A stretch of DNA of 64,000 nt from Setoptus koraiensis (lineage: Eukaryota > Animalia > Arthropoda), in contig CM106586.1 of NCBI GenBank assembly GCA_048013815.1, forward strand, positions 23,436,001 to 23,500,000, given 5' to 3'. Each line of letters starts with the position of its first letter. Position 1 is the stretch's first letter. A program made the position numbers and the translations under genes. Positions 44,467 through 57,370 of this stretch are shown in pieces. The notes beneath the pieces are model-generated. The model was given only the letters and a program-made list of their open reading frames with translations, was not told where the DNA came from and ran no database searches.

Positions 44467-47400
44467 CTATTAAATGTCATTAGTGTAAGTTGGTCATTTA
44501 GCGCAGCAGTAGCAGTGGTTGGATATAGGCGACAAAGCAGAGGCAGAGAGATAATTAGTTGATTGCAATTAGGTCAGGCATTATCTTGGAATTTTTCTAT
44601 TCTATCTTTGGGTTGTTTTGTTTCACCCATATAGCACTATGGTGTGCACTAATGATGCGATTTGCACACGAGCCCAACACGTCATTTTGCGCATGTATCC
44701 CTGGAAGAAGGTGCAACAGAAACAATTTTGGATAAACTAAAACCTTTGCAGAGAGTGACACAAAACAGGAAATAGCCAGCCGCTTTTCGTGCTCACTAAT
44801 TACCATCACCGCTGACTCGTGTGTGTGTGTGTGCTGTCTACCAATAAACTGGCACGTGAAAATGCCCCAAAAAACGAAATTGTTAAACCTAGACTGGTGG
44901 CCAAGGTTTGCAGTGGCTGGCTGGCGCAGTTCAGTGTTGGCCAGCCACAGCTATTATTTCTGGGATTTCGGGGGACCCCCTTTTCGGGCAACAAACAAAA
45001 GCCATTAATAACAGGAAGACGCACACATAGACAAACACACAATGAGATAGAGTATGGAGCATATGATTTAGTGTTTTGTGTCAGAGTCGGGATTGCGTAA
45101 ACTCTCGTCACCGGTGGAACGGGCTAGAAATTCTCGCGAGGCTCGCGGCGAGCCTTCGATCCGGTTGCGATTGGAACCAGAGTAACGGAAGAGAGGAACT
45201 GGCCCGCTGGCTGGCATTGTGATGACGAGCGAGCCGTGTTGTCTTTTTCTGGGCGCTTTTCTGCGAGCCACCGACTTGTATTCCCAATTTGTTTTCTATG
45301 TATTTGTTATTGTTGTTGTTGTTGTCGTCGTCGTCGTTGTTATATTGGTAGAGATTCGCACAATGGGCCCCCTTTCGCCAAATGCGTATGTGAGCGAGTG
45401 TGCCACCTTACGACAATTGTCTATATGCGACGACTTATCTGCGAGCAGCCCCATGAATATAGTGTCGCCTTGGTCGGAACAAGCGGCCAGCGACAACTAC
45501 AACAACAACAACTCGTGCATCTATGATTGATTGGAGCCACGCATGAAGAATCATGGCAAACACGTTCATATTTCTAATTTGCTGGCGCCGCCGCTACCGC
45601 TGCCACCGGCGCTAAAGTAGTGGGCCCCATTGCGTCGGTCCAACTAGCGGGCCCAGCTAGGTGCCCGGCTTAACTGGCCCGAAGAATTCTCGCGTGGGCT
45701 CGGCTCGCTCATATGGTATTTTATTCTATCTATTTGCTTGGAATATTCTCTCTATTCCTGTGTGTACCTCGGGGGTGGGAGCCTATGTTATTGTAGGAGC
45801 GACAAGAATTAAATGGCACACGGATTCTCGGCTTGGGCAAATCCGCCAGACGGCGCTATTGACTAATTGTTACGCAACCGCTAATGCCGCCAAGACGGCA
45901 CACAAGTTCGCATCTACGTGGTACAGAGCGCAGCGGTTCCCGGATGAAAGTGATATGCGGGATGCCCATAGAAAAACAAAGGCATGCGTGTTAAATGATA
46001 CGGAAAGCTGGCGCAAAAATTCTCAGACATTGTGTGTTCGTCGCAATTATAGCTGGCGTAAAGAACGAACAGAGAGCAGAGGGCATCACACATATCCACT
46101 TTGAATCAACACATGCACTAATTAATTGCATTAATTTTATATTATTTAGGTGATAGTCCGGTGAACGGTTGCAGCATGTTCACGGTGCGACTGATTGCGC
46201 CGCAGACAGCATATTACCGCTTATTTGAGCGCAACAACAGCAACCAAACAAAAGGGCAACAAAACAGACAAACAAACAAACAAATTCCTCGCGAATCGGC
46301 CCAAATCAATACAGGTCGCTGAAGCGATGCGAGAAAAGAGAGCAGCGAGAAAGGGGAGCAGCGAGAGGTTGCACGATAGCCAGACGGGGGGAGGGGGGAC
46401 CCATTAGGCAAAATTCTTCATGGGCACTATCATATCATACATCTTGCTTTGATGCTATTCATTTATAGGTTGGCCCCACGGACCAGCAACAACGAGCGCT
46501 GGCTCATTTCAATGGCGTTGGGGGGCCGGAGCGGAGCAAATGTTGTTGTTCTCGCCGGGCCTGATTTCGGCTGGCGGGAATTGCACGGTTCTTTGAACCA
46601 GCAGCGTGCCGTCATCACTTGTAATATCACAATTAATTTTCCACTCCATCCACCCTTCGCTGTTGGCTACGAACAGTGCTGCTGCTAGCCAGCATGCTGG
46701 CCCAGTAACAATTTGGGCTCCTCGGCGTTTCTGTCGGGGCTCCTAGGTCTTCTCAGCGGGCACATGCAAGTGCCTGCTGCCTACACAAGTTGCCAGACGA
46801 AACCGAGCAGCCTCCGGATGAATGGCGACCAGAGAATTGGGGCTCCTCGCGAGCCAGCCACCAAATCAGGGATGTTTATGTAGAAATGTAGAATTGTAGA
46901 AATGTATAGATGTATAAATGTATAAAGTTGCAAATCATCGATGCGTTCAAGATGAACTACTAGCCCCAGTGGCTGTCAATACCACTGGCAGCTAGCGCCG
47001 TTAGTTTTATAGGTGGTCGCAGCCATCCAGAGACCAGTCGGGCTTTTCCGCCAGCTAGCCGGCCCGCAGACAGCGACGCGCCCCCGTCAGACTGGCCAAG
47101 GGGACACATTAATCACTATGAGCACGTGATGATCTTGCCACGTGAATAAACGCTCGCGCTTCCACCAGAGCTCAAACTGCAGCGTGAACGATTTTTGATG
47201 TTATTCCTTGTCCGTTCCATCGCTCTTAATTTGCCCCCGTTGCTATTGATGCAACTGCTATCTGACGTAACCTCTATATGCAAATAGCCGAATCGTTCTA
47301 GCAAGTTGCAACGATCCGGCAAATCAACGAGCCACATGACGTAAATATAATGCTACCGCCAGAGGGAGCACGAGCGAGCAAGTGTCTTCTTTTTTCACTC

Positions 47401-47730
47401 GCTTGCTTCTTTTTGTTGCTCGGCGTCCCTCTTGGCCAACCAACTCTCCCTTTGTCTGGCTGGCACTCGGTGGGAGTGGGCGACCCAACGTAACAAAGAT
47501 GCTATCAGTTCGTGCAGTCCGAGGATTTTCACCTCTCTTTTCAGTGGAATGTTCGGGCAAGCATTGTGATGCAACGCTCAATATGCACGCTTTTCTCTCG
47601 CCCTCTCTGTCGCGCTTCGAGCTGCCTTGCGTTCGCAGGCAGGAGGCTCGACGGAGCGATCGAATGAATGATGATAACGTTTTCCATTATTCACATTATT
47701 ATCGTCGCGAGCGAGAATTTTTCTGCCACA

Positions 47731-47805
47731 TTTCGGACACATTTTTCTGCGCGTTTCGGACACATTTTTCGGCGCGTTTCGGGCACATTTTTCGGCGCGT
47801 TTCGG
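47731..47805. repeat. 23-bp tandem repeat x3.3 in the Scr intron
   Basis: TTTCGGACACATTTTTC(T/G)GCGCG units at 47731, 47754, 47777 and 47800. Confidence 0.9.
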
Positions 47806-47971
47806 AGCGAAATTATGGGCTAGAAATGGACAGAAATTGCACAATTACCGACCGCTCGATGAAGACGAGCCCCAAATGAGCTGCCGTCAGCAAGGGCGAG
47901 CTTGTTAATTAGTCGGCCGGCCAGTGGCCATTCATTTAGGCGTCGCTGATCATCAATAGACAGCGGGCTGT

Positions 47972-47980
47972 AGGTGGCGC
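47972..47980 (+). promoter_or_regulatory. CTCF-core-like motif AGGTGGCGC in the Scr intron
   Basis: TGTAGGTGGCGCT. Motif match only. Confidence 0.3.
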
Positions 47981-49620
47981 TCAAATCGTTGGCAAAGGCA
48001 CACTGGCCGGCAATGATTGATGCAGATGACGAAGTCGCTTAATTGGTGTCTAATGGACACTCTGTTACGAGACGCCGAGTGCGCTTGGCTGGTGTTGTCA
48101 TAGGTCGCCACCACTGTGTGTCGTAAACAAGTGCAAGTGTTGCGTAATGTGTTGTGTGTCTGTCCGGACAATGGACGGGCAGACTGGCGGACGAACGGAC
48201 AGACACATTATGGCGCGTTATGGCATTATGTTGTTAGGGCGAGTGTGTGTGCGTGTGTCAAACGAAAGCGAGTCCACTGAAGTGAGGGGCTTCGCTTCGA
48301 AAAACGTGGCGCAAAGAATAATATTTTCTCCACTTTTGTTAGTGTGTGTGTTTGTTGTAAACACGTACAAACGCCGTTGTGTATATTATAGGTTGTTTCG
48401 GTGTCGCTGGCGAGTTATGCAAATAAACGAGCGGCGCGCAATATGACGAAAAAAGAACAGAACGCATGCAAATCTTCAGTTCGCCGCCAACCGACTCACC
48501 GAGCGTCCAATCGAGAGAGTCCAAAGAGCGCCCACATCGCGCAGAAACTGGCTCCCACTTGGAGCCGCCGCCGCCTGCCGCTGTCATGCTTATTGGATCG
48601 CTGTCAGCTGTTTCGTGTGGCGCACATAACGCGTATATGGAGGCATACATGGTGTGTCGACGGCGAAGAGGCCAACGAACGAGCGAACGCAACGAGCGAG
48701 CGAACGCAACGAACGAGCGAACGCAACGAGCCAGCGAACACAACGAGCGAGAATTTCGATCCAGGAGGAGCCAGCAGAGGCGAACAAGAACGAAATCCAT
48801 CATTTGTGACGTCTACTATAGGCTGTGTTTGCCTGGCGATCGCAAGCAGTCGCCAGCGTTCGCAACTACAAAAGGTCGCTGCTGGTGCGCTGCCGCGAAC
48901 AAGCACGCACACCCGACTACACGAAGGCGCCGACAGAAATTTTAGAGAGCCCCCGCCCGCTTCGAAAGTGTTGCCCGGCTCGCTCGCGTTCGAATTTGGT
49001 CCCGCGCCGCACTGGCAATATTCGCACTGGCCCACCAGTGCCAACAGCGGGCTCCTTTTCCAGTTGCGCTCGCGAGTTCCCATTTCGCGTTTCGGATTTG
49101 GAATTTCGGATTTCGAGTTTCGGATTTCGAGTTTCGGGTTTGCGGGTCTCGGGTTTGCGGGTCTCGGATTTGCGGGTATCGGATTTGCGAGTCCCGAGTT
49201 TGCGAATTTCGGAGCCCAGTCAGGGCGGCGAATTGGTCCGAATTAGACCCCAATTTTTAATTATTTGTTGTTCGCGGCTGCCAAGTGCGCCTCTCGGGCA
49301 GCAGCAACAACAGCCTGTGCAAAGTGGTGCTGGCTGCGTTAATCTCGCTACGGCACAACGATGGCCACATCGGCCCACTAGGTCATTGGACAATGAAAAG
49401 CACGGCGGCCCGGTCTTGGCGACTTTCACGCCCAGTCGGGTTCTTTTCTATGCTGTGCGCGTCACCAAACAATTATCGGCTCGAGAAAGCCAGTCGAAAA
49501 AGCACCTGAATATATCGTCTTGCTCAGTGCGCGAATTTATGCAAATTCTGGTGCCTGTCAGAGGCTATCGACAATTTTCTCAACATGATTTTTTCGTCTT
49601 GAAAAACTGTTACTACACTG

Positions 49621-49697
49621 GGAGAATATCTGAAAAATGAGAGAATATCTGAAAAATGGGAGAATATCTGAAAAATGGTTGAATATCTGAAAAAAAC
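49621..49697. repeat. 19-20-bp tandem repeat x4 in the Scr intron
   Basis: GAGAATATCTGAAAAATG units. Confidence 0.9.
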
Positions 49698-50848
49698 AAG
49701 ATTCGCTCAAAAAAATATTGACCAGTCAGTTTTATGGGGCGATTTATTTACGCGTCGCATTTTATCTGAAAATTTCTCACACTTGCGTTTTTCGACTGAA
49801 TTCGGGGCTGTTTCCGGCGGCGCTCGCGCATCACGGAATCTGTGCACGAAAAATGCCAGCATAGTTCCAGTTGTACTTTTCGCTTCTCGAACCAAGCCGC
49901 GGGCCAGGTATCGTTGCGCTGCTGAGAGGGGCGAGCATTTTTTTTTTATTTTCTTCGCCAATTTTTAGCCCAAATATAGGCTGTCCGATGTGCGCGCCTC
50001 ACTGTCTTTTGAGGAGACTTTTGTTGCGGCAAAAGCGGCGGACAAATTTAAATACAATCTGCTCTGTGCGCGCTGTAGCTTGCAAGTTGCCGGGGCCCGC
50101 CGTTACGGGCCGCATATCATGATTTATCAGCTCCGTGCTCGACTTGTATGTTAAGTGTGCATGTTATCTCTCCGTGCCAATCTAAAATGTTGCCCAGACA
50201 GTTGGCTCGCATCGCGTCGCCTCTCGCGCACATTGCATAATTCTCAATGATTTCCATTATCGTACACACAGCAACACAATGTGACGTGCATAATAATGAC
50301 TGTACAACAGCCGAAAGGGGCCCAGTTGGCGAGCCGGCCAAAAGTTGGCCGCTGGTGCGATGCCGCAGACCGGCATTGCTGGCTTCTGTGTGTGTGTGTA
50401 CGGCCAGACTATAGAAATGTTGAAAATAATACGCCACTTGAATTAACTTGGCTAGACTGGGCGCAAGTTGCAAGGCAAGTTTATCTATCTGTTGAAACTT
50501 TGTTGTTGCGATAAATCGGGGCCGCTTGCGAGTCGCTTTGTTTCGCAGCGCGGCGCTGCTGTCGCCAGCGCTGCGCCCCAAAACAACGTCGCTGCTGCAG
50601 AACAACGTCGCTGCTAGGTTACGTAACAGCGACAACAACAACAACTTGATCATCATGCAGATAGGTGATAACTATCTATAGTGATGATTCTATTATAGGC
50701 CATTATGGTTGTGTGTCGACTATTTAGCGGAGGCACAACAAGAGTCGCTAGCTTCATCCGTGGGCCCCGTTTATCTGATCTGCGCCCGTTGTCGTTGGTT
50801 ACGACACACACACACACACACAAAATGTCTTCAAGGTAGACGTTCGCC

Positions 50849-50857
50849 AGGTGGCGC
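50849..50857 (+). promoter_or_regulatory. CTCF-core-like motif AGGTGGCGC in the Scr intron
   Basis: CGCCAGGTGGCGCT. Motif match only. Confidence 0.3.
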
Positions 50858-52758
50858 TTCGCGCCGCAGCCTTATCTAGGCTGCGGCGGGTGTTGCGAGA
50901 GGCGTCAAGACGACGAACAAACAAAATGCTCTCTTTGGGGCTGTTTGCAGGCGACTCAGCGATCGCCAAGACCGCCGCGATTATATGGAACGTTGAGATG
51001 TGTTGCGCGTTCGAGTTGGTTGCGCGAGCTGCGAACGCGTTCGAGCTTCGAACTTGGAACGCGCTGCCCGAAATTCCTTTCCTGTAGTTGCAGGCGTAGT
51101 TGTAGCTGGCGCCGCTGCTGTTGGGGCAGTTGTTGTAGTTGTTGTTGTAGTTGTTGTCAGTGCTACGCTTGTTCTTATGTGTGTCGTACATGCGTGTGTA
51201 TTTTCGTGTGTGTGTGCGTGTATTGTTGTATTCTCGCAGCTTCAGTTGTGAATTCTCAATTGTGGGCCGTCGTTGGCGGAGAATCGCGAATTGTTCGTAT
51301 GCGTTGGTCGCTGTTTGTGCCTAGAACGTGTGTTTATACGCACACTGGGCTCACTGGGCTGGCGCGAGTTTGCATTGCGAATCGAAGCGGCTGCACTCGA
51401 ACGGCAGAGCAGCGAATCGTTCGAAGCAGCGAATCGTTCGCAGCAACGACGGCGAAGAGAAGGCGCTTTGCGAGCATGTTCTGTGTGTCGCCGTTGTGAG
51501 AGCGCCCGCACGAAGCGCCTCTCGCTCTCTCGGTATCATCAGAGCCAATGTAACTGGAGCAAACGAACACAAAACAGGCTCACCAACAACAACGGCAACA
51601 ACAACAACAAGGAGCAACACAATTATTGGCGCCAATGACGAATGGCCCTCGCTGGCAGTTGATCTCTGAGCTGGCGCACGGTTCCCCTCGCTGTTCTCTA
51701 TATGCTCTGGCTGTCTTTGCGTGCCAGCCAACGATGTGTGTGTGTGCGTCTAGAGATGGAGCCCCAATAATCACACTATATGCAGCCAGCCGGGCCCGCC
51801 ATGCCAAGGCAGCCTGGCTCACTCGCTGTATAAAGGAGGCCCCGCTCACTGCGTGGAGCTTGCGACGCTTCGCCAGAGTTGCACACACGCCAGAGGACAC
51901 ACACACACACACACGGCTATATCTGGGCTATCTGTGGGGCCCGCGTTGCAGTGCTTTATGGCGTGGTGATGACGAGCGCATTTAGCACGTCGTCACCATC
52001 AGCGGCCAGCAAACAAGCGGATAAGCGCCGGATAAGTTTGCGCGAGCAGCGGCGCCATCACAGCGGCTCCGACCAGCGAGCTGACAAGCAAACAACCAGT
52101 CAGCCAGCCAGCAGGCGGACGAAATTGCAGCGACGCTGGCACGCACACTGAGGCGCCACTTTTGGGGCCCGTTTTGGGGCCAGCCAGCCATATATAGTTT
52201 ATACGTGTAGGTTCGGATCCCACTGTTCGGATATAATTGTGGAGCTCATACTGTTCGTCGATGATGTAAGCGAATGTTCGTGTGTGTGCGCGCCCGCACA
52301 CATATTGTAATCTTTCATCTTTGACAGCGGGGGACGCCAGCGGGCCAGCGACGAGCCCCCTTTTATTATAGGCAAATCAAAGAGGTAGCCGGGCCATCGA
52401 TCATTGCATCAAACAAGCGAACACGCCAGACAGGGCCCTATAAAGGGACCTATGGCCAGTCAGCTGTTTGCGCTTATTTTTGACATTTGTGCCCAGCACA
52501 CAAATGTCAAAAATAACTTGCTCACAGTTTGGCTGCTTGGCTGGCTTGTCTGTCAAACTAGAGTCAAGCCGGATAGTATGATGATTATAAGTTATACACA
52601 TTCATGCTTCTTTTTCATTCATCAGCGCGCCATAATAAGCGCCAACAAGCGCCAACAAGCGGCCAACAACCAAAAGCGTGTCGCCCCCGCCCGAAGCAGC
52701 TGATGCAAAAAGCAGGTTTTTTGTCGTATTTAATTTTCGTCGCAGCGAGCGCAGCTCA

Positions 52759-52815
52759 CACCGACAACGGCGACACCGACAACAGCGACACCGACAACAG
52801 CGACACCGACAACAG
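52759..52815. repeat. 15-bp tandem repeat x4 in the Scr intron
   Basis: CACCGACAACAGCGA units. Confidence 0.9.
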
Positions 52816-53277
52816 AATGTCACCAGGTGAGCCGCAATGCAGCGTCGCTAGTGGCAGCGAAGCCGGCGAGAGAAGATTAAGACACTAAGCTGATTAGTGT
52901 GTGTGTGTTGCGTTCAATTAAGCGCGCCTGAATACGATGACTCTGCTCATTCAATTTGATTTATTAATTGTCCAACACACTTAACAGCAAGCCGCGGATC
53001 TCTGTGGCTGTATGTGGACACACAGACAGCCACAGATAAGCCAGCGAAGGCAATCTCCTTCTGTCGAAATTCTGCCATAATCACGCATGCGACCTGAACT
53101 CACCTGAGCCGCTCACCTGTGGCCATGCCCGCCGCTGTCTGTCAACTTGTCTCGCTTCCTCGTTTCCGTCGTCACACACTCTTGCCACTTCGAGCGACAC
53201 ACACACACTTTTGAAATTTCAAAAATACACACGATTTTTGAATTTCCATCACACAAACACAACGATATCTCCTGGCG

Positions 53278-53340
53278 CAAATCTAGCAACTCTGGCAAAT
53301 CTAGCAACTCTAACAAATCTAGCAAATTTGGCAAATCTGG
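53278..53340. repeat. 9-bp tandem repeat x7 in the Scr intron
   Basis: CAAATCTAG / CAACTCTGG-type units. Confidence 0.85.
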
Positions 53341-56300
53341 CAAAAAGAAGAAGCTGCCAGCGCACGATCTTGCCGGCACATCGGCAGTGTGAATATCAAG
53401 CTTATCGGCTGCATCTGGAGACGGGCGAAACAAGTTTCAAGTTTGCCTCGCCGAGATTGGCCAACAATGTTTACTCTCGCCACCGCAACCAGCGAGAGCC
53501 AGTTCAGTTGTTGGCGACAATTATCACATGATTAGCTGCATGTCAGCCGACATTGTCGGTCTGACGAAATTTATATTTTCGCGTCGCGACTGGCGCCGAG
53601 ATATGGAAACATGCGGCCCATGCCAACGACAACGACAACAACAACGACAGCAACAACAACGACAACAATGTCATTTGCAAGGGCTATAGGTGGGCTGTTG
53701 CGCAACTTATCACTCAGCCAGACTTATAGGCACCACGCGCGACTGCAGACAGGCTAAATCTTATCTAATCAATGTAATTGTCGCCAATCACCTTGTTTGA
53801 TCTGTGTTGATTGCATTAATGGTTTGCCAATAAACACCATATTACGACAGACACATTACGACTTGACGAGCATTCTGTGCCGCGCTCATCATGCGTCGTT
53901 TGCACAGCCTGTGCCGCTGCTCGTCACGATGCATGGTGCAATCGGAGGTTTTGTGGCCCGACGCTTACCTGGCGCGCTACAAAACCTTTCGGGCACAGCC
54001 ATGAGCATGTGCCAGTTGCTGAGGGTGGCCCCAGGATCGGGATAGCGACGGCAAAAGGTATTCATCATTATTGTTGTGTTCAGCGCGTTGTAAACAAAAG
54101 TTTTGTCGCCGCTGTCGTAGCCGTGGGTGTCGCTGCCGTCGGTTTTGCTGTCATTGTTGTCGGTGTCGTTGTTGTCGCTGTTGTCGTTGTCATTTGGAGT
54201 CGGCTCGGAGTCGGTTAAATTCCGAGTTCGTTAGAGAATCCTGTGCGAGTGCGTGTGTGTGTGTGTGTGTGCGTGTGTGTGTGCGTGTGTGCGTGAGTTC
54301 GAAGTTGAAAGTTGTGTTCGCGTTCGTGTTTGAATAAAACGAACGAGCGCACAGACAGAAGACCATTAATTATGTGCGAGGCCGACGTTGTCGTGCTTGC
54401 TAACCCAAAAATAGACACTCATCGCACACGGAGAGAGCGGGCATCTCTCAAACAGATACACACAACAACAGCAACAACAACAACAGCGACAACAACATGT
54501 AAATCTGGATCAGAGAGAAACAGCTTATCTCGTCCATCCGCTTGGAACAGGCTGTCGGCTGGGCACTGGCCCGGCGCCGCTGGCCGGCCCCAACGAGCCG
54601 GCCAGCGGGCCCAGATTCGCAGCGCGAGCAGAGCGGCCAACGCAACGCAAGGTAACCACTGGCTCGCTAGCGGCACCCAAGTGTCACAGAGAGATATGCA
54701 CAGATATGCAGATTTGTCGTTGGGGCGACGGCACAGCAGCGCAGATAAGACCACACAAACAGCGGACGAGTTGCCAAAAGTCAACATGGCAAATCGTGGC
54801 TGGCAACGCCGCGTTCGAAGTTCGAAATTCGAATCGAAGCGAGGCGGCTTCGACGGCCGACACAATGCGCCGAATTCCTGACTATGTTGTAATAGTGCGA
54901 CCAATATTTTGTCAATATTGGCCGCTTTGACAGCGACGGCCACCAGCGCGCCGCCAAATTAATGATGCTGCTCGTCAGTGTCCTCCATTGTGCCGGCCTG
55001 TTGTGACACGCCAATGGTCGCCAGTGGTCACCAGTGGTGGCCCAAATACGCCAGTAGACGCAAACAGGCCCAAACGGGCCCAATAGACGCAAATAGACGG
55101 GGGACCTTTTAATCGATAATTAATCAATATCATATATCTGCATATACGGTGCGCATCGTGTTGCGCTCAACCACTGACACACGACCCACGGGCACGGCCC
55201 AGAGGGCAATTTTCCGCCCATTTGTCAACTCGCCAGTGCCGGCGCTGGCCGGCGCAAAGTTTGTGCCGGCCAGAGCTTGTGCCGGCCAGAGCTCGGGCCG
55301 GCTGGTACCCAAGCCACGGGCCAGTTCGCGGATCGAGAGCCCGGTGGCTGGCCAATCTGCCCGGCGGCTTGACAAAACGCAAGCCTATATATGTGTGGTG
55401 TAATGGGGAACGTGACCGCTCGTAATGTGGCCGCAGTGCGCCGCGTTCTGCGGTTTCGCTCACTGTGTGTCTGCCTGGCCGGCTATTCACGTGCAAATCT
55501 ATTGCGTAACAGGAGCAATAGACGTTTGCACGTGAACGCAAGCGAACGCTCACACGCATACGCATTACGTAAGCGTGTTTCCGCTGTGACCGGTGTCGAT
55601 GCCCGTGTCGCCAGTGTCGCTAGTGTCGCTTCGTTTGTTTGTTGTTGATGCTGCTAGTGGCCGCATCCGTGTCCAGATATCCGGACATGAGCGTGTATAT
55701 ATCAACATATAGGCACGTACTGCCGGTCACGGCCACAGTGTAAAGCGCGGCCGAAACGGAAAGAAAAAACAAACCGATCACCACGTGTGCCCAGTGTTTT
55801 GGCCAGTGTTTTGCCCGATGTTTTGGCCAGTGTTTCGCACAGTCCGCACAGACTGCACAGTCTGCACAGTTTGTTCGACCGGCCGGGCCAGCCAGAGAAA
55901 TATATTTATAGAGGGAGAGAGATAAATCAGCCGGGCCCGAGAAGTGATGCGGCCGCCCCCTGAAAGTTTATAATTTGTATGCTTGTCCGCGGTCGGCGCA
56001 ATGAACGTTGTGGGAGACTTTAATTGAGCATCAGAGAGCAATTAGCGCGTTGGCCAATTTGATTTCACTTGACCGTTGCTGGCTCGACTTGACCAGTGTG
56101 AGCGCGTCGCGGTCGCTTCGATCGAGCACTTTCGCTTTCTCTGGCCCGCTCGCCGGTCTGTTTGCTAGGGAAGGGCGCAGCGTTCGCGATTGCGATCGGC
56201 GCTTCGAAGCGCCACAAGCCGGCCGATGTGGCAGACATTCCGCTGCTGCTGCCGCTGCCGCTCGGCTAATTGTCGTCGCCCTTTGTTATTGTTATCAATC

Positions 56301-56723
56301 GAATGGCACGTTATTGACCTCGAGCCGGTCGCCGTTGGCCGCCAGTCGCTTCTTTTGCGCGACGACGGCCACCAGGGCGCATTATGCGCCAACGAAATAA
56401 ATTGAAATATAAATTGCGGTGGCTGCTTGCCGCCGATTGTCGCAAGCCAGCAGCTTTGCTTATGTTGGCCGACTGCGACACGCCAATAAAAGCAACAAAC
56501 ACGCCACAATAAAGTCGTTTCGAACGCTCACCAGAAGCGCTATCTGCAACAACAACAGCACAGCCGCCGACAACAACAACGGCGGCAACAGCAACAACTG
56601 CAACGTTAATTCAGTGTTGTTGTTTTTGTTCGCAGTTTTGTGTTCTTTAGTCGTCACACTAAAGAACACAAACATGGCGCTCCGAAGTGAATTCGATATT
56701 TTATTGCGCTCTCTCTTTCTGCT

Positions 56724-56757
<34 letters not shown>

Positions 56758-57065
56758 GCTATCTCTATATATATCGAGAGATATGTGCATGTATCTCGAA
56801 GCGTCCGCTGCCAGCGAGCGTAAACGGTAGTGCCAGTATGCAAATAGTATCAAGCCAGCGCATTGCAACATTGCCAAATATTGTTAATTCATCTGTATAC
56901 ATATGAGCATATATGCATATGGGCATATATGTGTTCGCTTATAATATAGATGAATAGACTAAATAAACAAGAAACCGATCGCTTCGCTTTGTGCGAGTTC
57001 GCCCCCCAACTCAACGTGCACTCCAAGTGCCCAAGTGTTTTTGGCGAGTGCGCGGAATCGACGAT

Positions 57066-57074
57066 AGATGGCGC
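57066..57074 (+). promoter_or_regulatory. CTCF-core-like motif AGATGGCGC near the Scr intron donor end
   Basis: ATAGATGGCGCCA. Motif match only. Confidence 0.28.
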
Positions 57075-57370
57075 CACGGTCGCAGCCGCTGTCGGCCCAC
57101 ATTCGTGATAGGTCGATCATCGAGCCAGCCATCGTGACACGCCAGAGGCCCCCGGCAAGCCGACAAAATTGACACGGTGACTGTTCGCACAACAAATCAA
57201 AGGACAAAAAATGGGAGGATTTAAAAAATCAAACTCAAATTGATCGGTCGCCGCGAGACCGGGTATCGAAGATCTCGATATCCGGCTTGCGATTCCATCA
57301 ATTTGAAGCGCCCAAGCGAAACGCGCTGTAACTTGGGCGTCGAAACGAAGACCGTTGTGACTGTACTTAC

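Larger units (their letters stand above)
44467..57370 (-). other. Scr: Scr intron, 12,904 bp, phase 1
   Basis: GTAAGT donor at 57370 after CAA A and AG acceptor at 44468-44467. The spliced product reads [23 protein letters not shown] and puts His at linker position -12, as in Drosophila Scr. Confidence 0.92.

Noticed and set aside
57117-57370. C-terminal part of the 478-aa ORF after HVGQ
   Set aside because: Read-through into the Scr intron.
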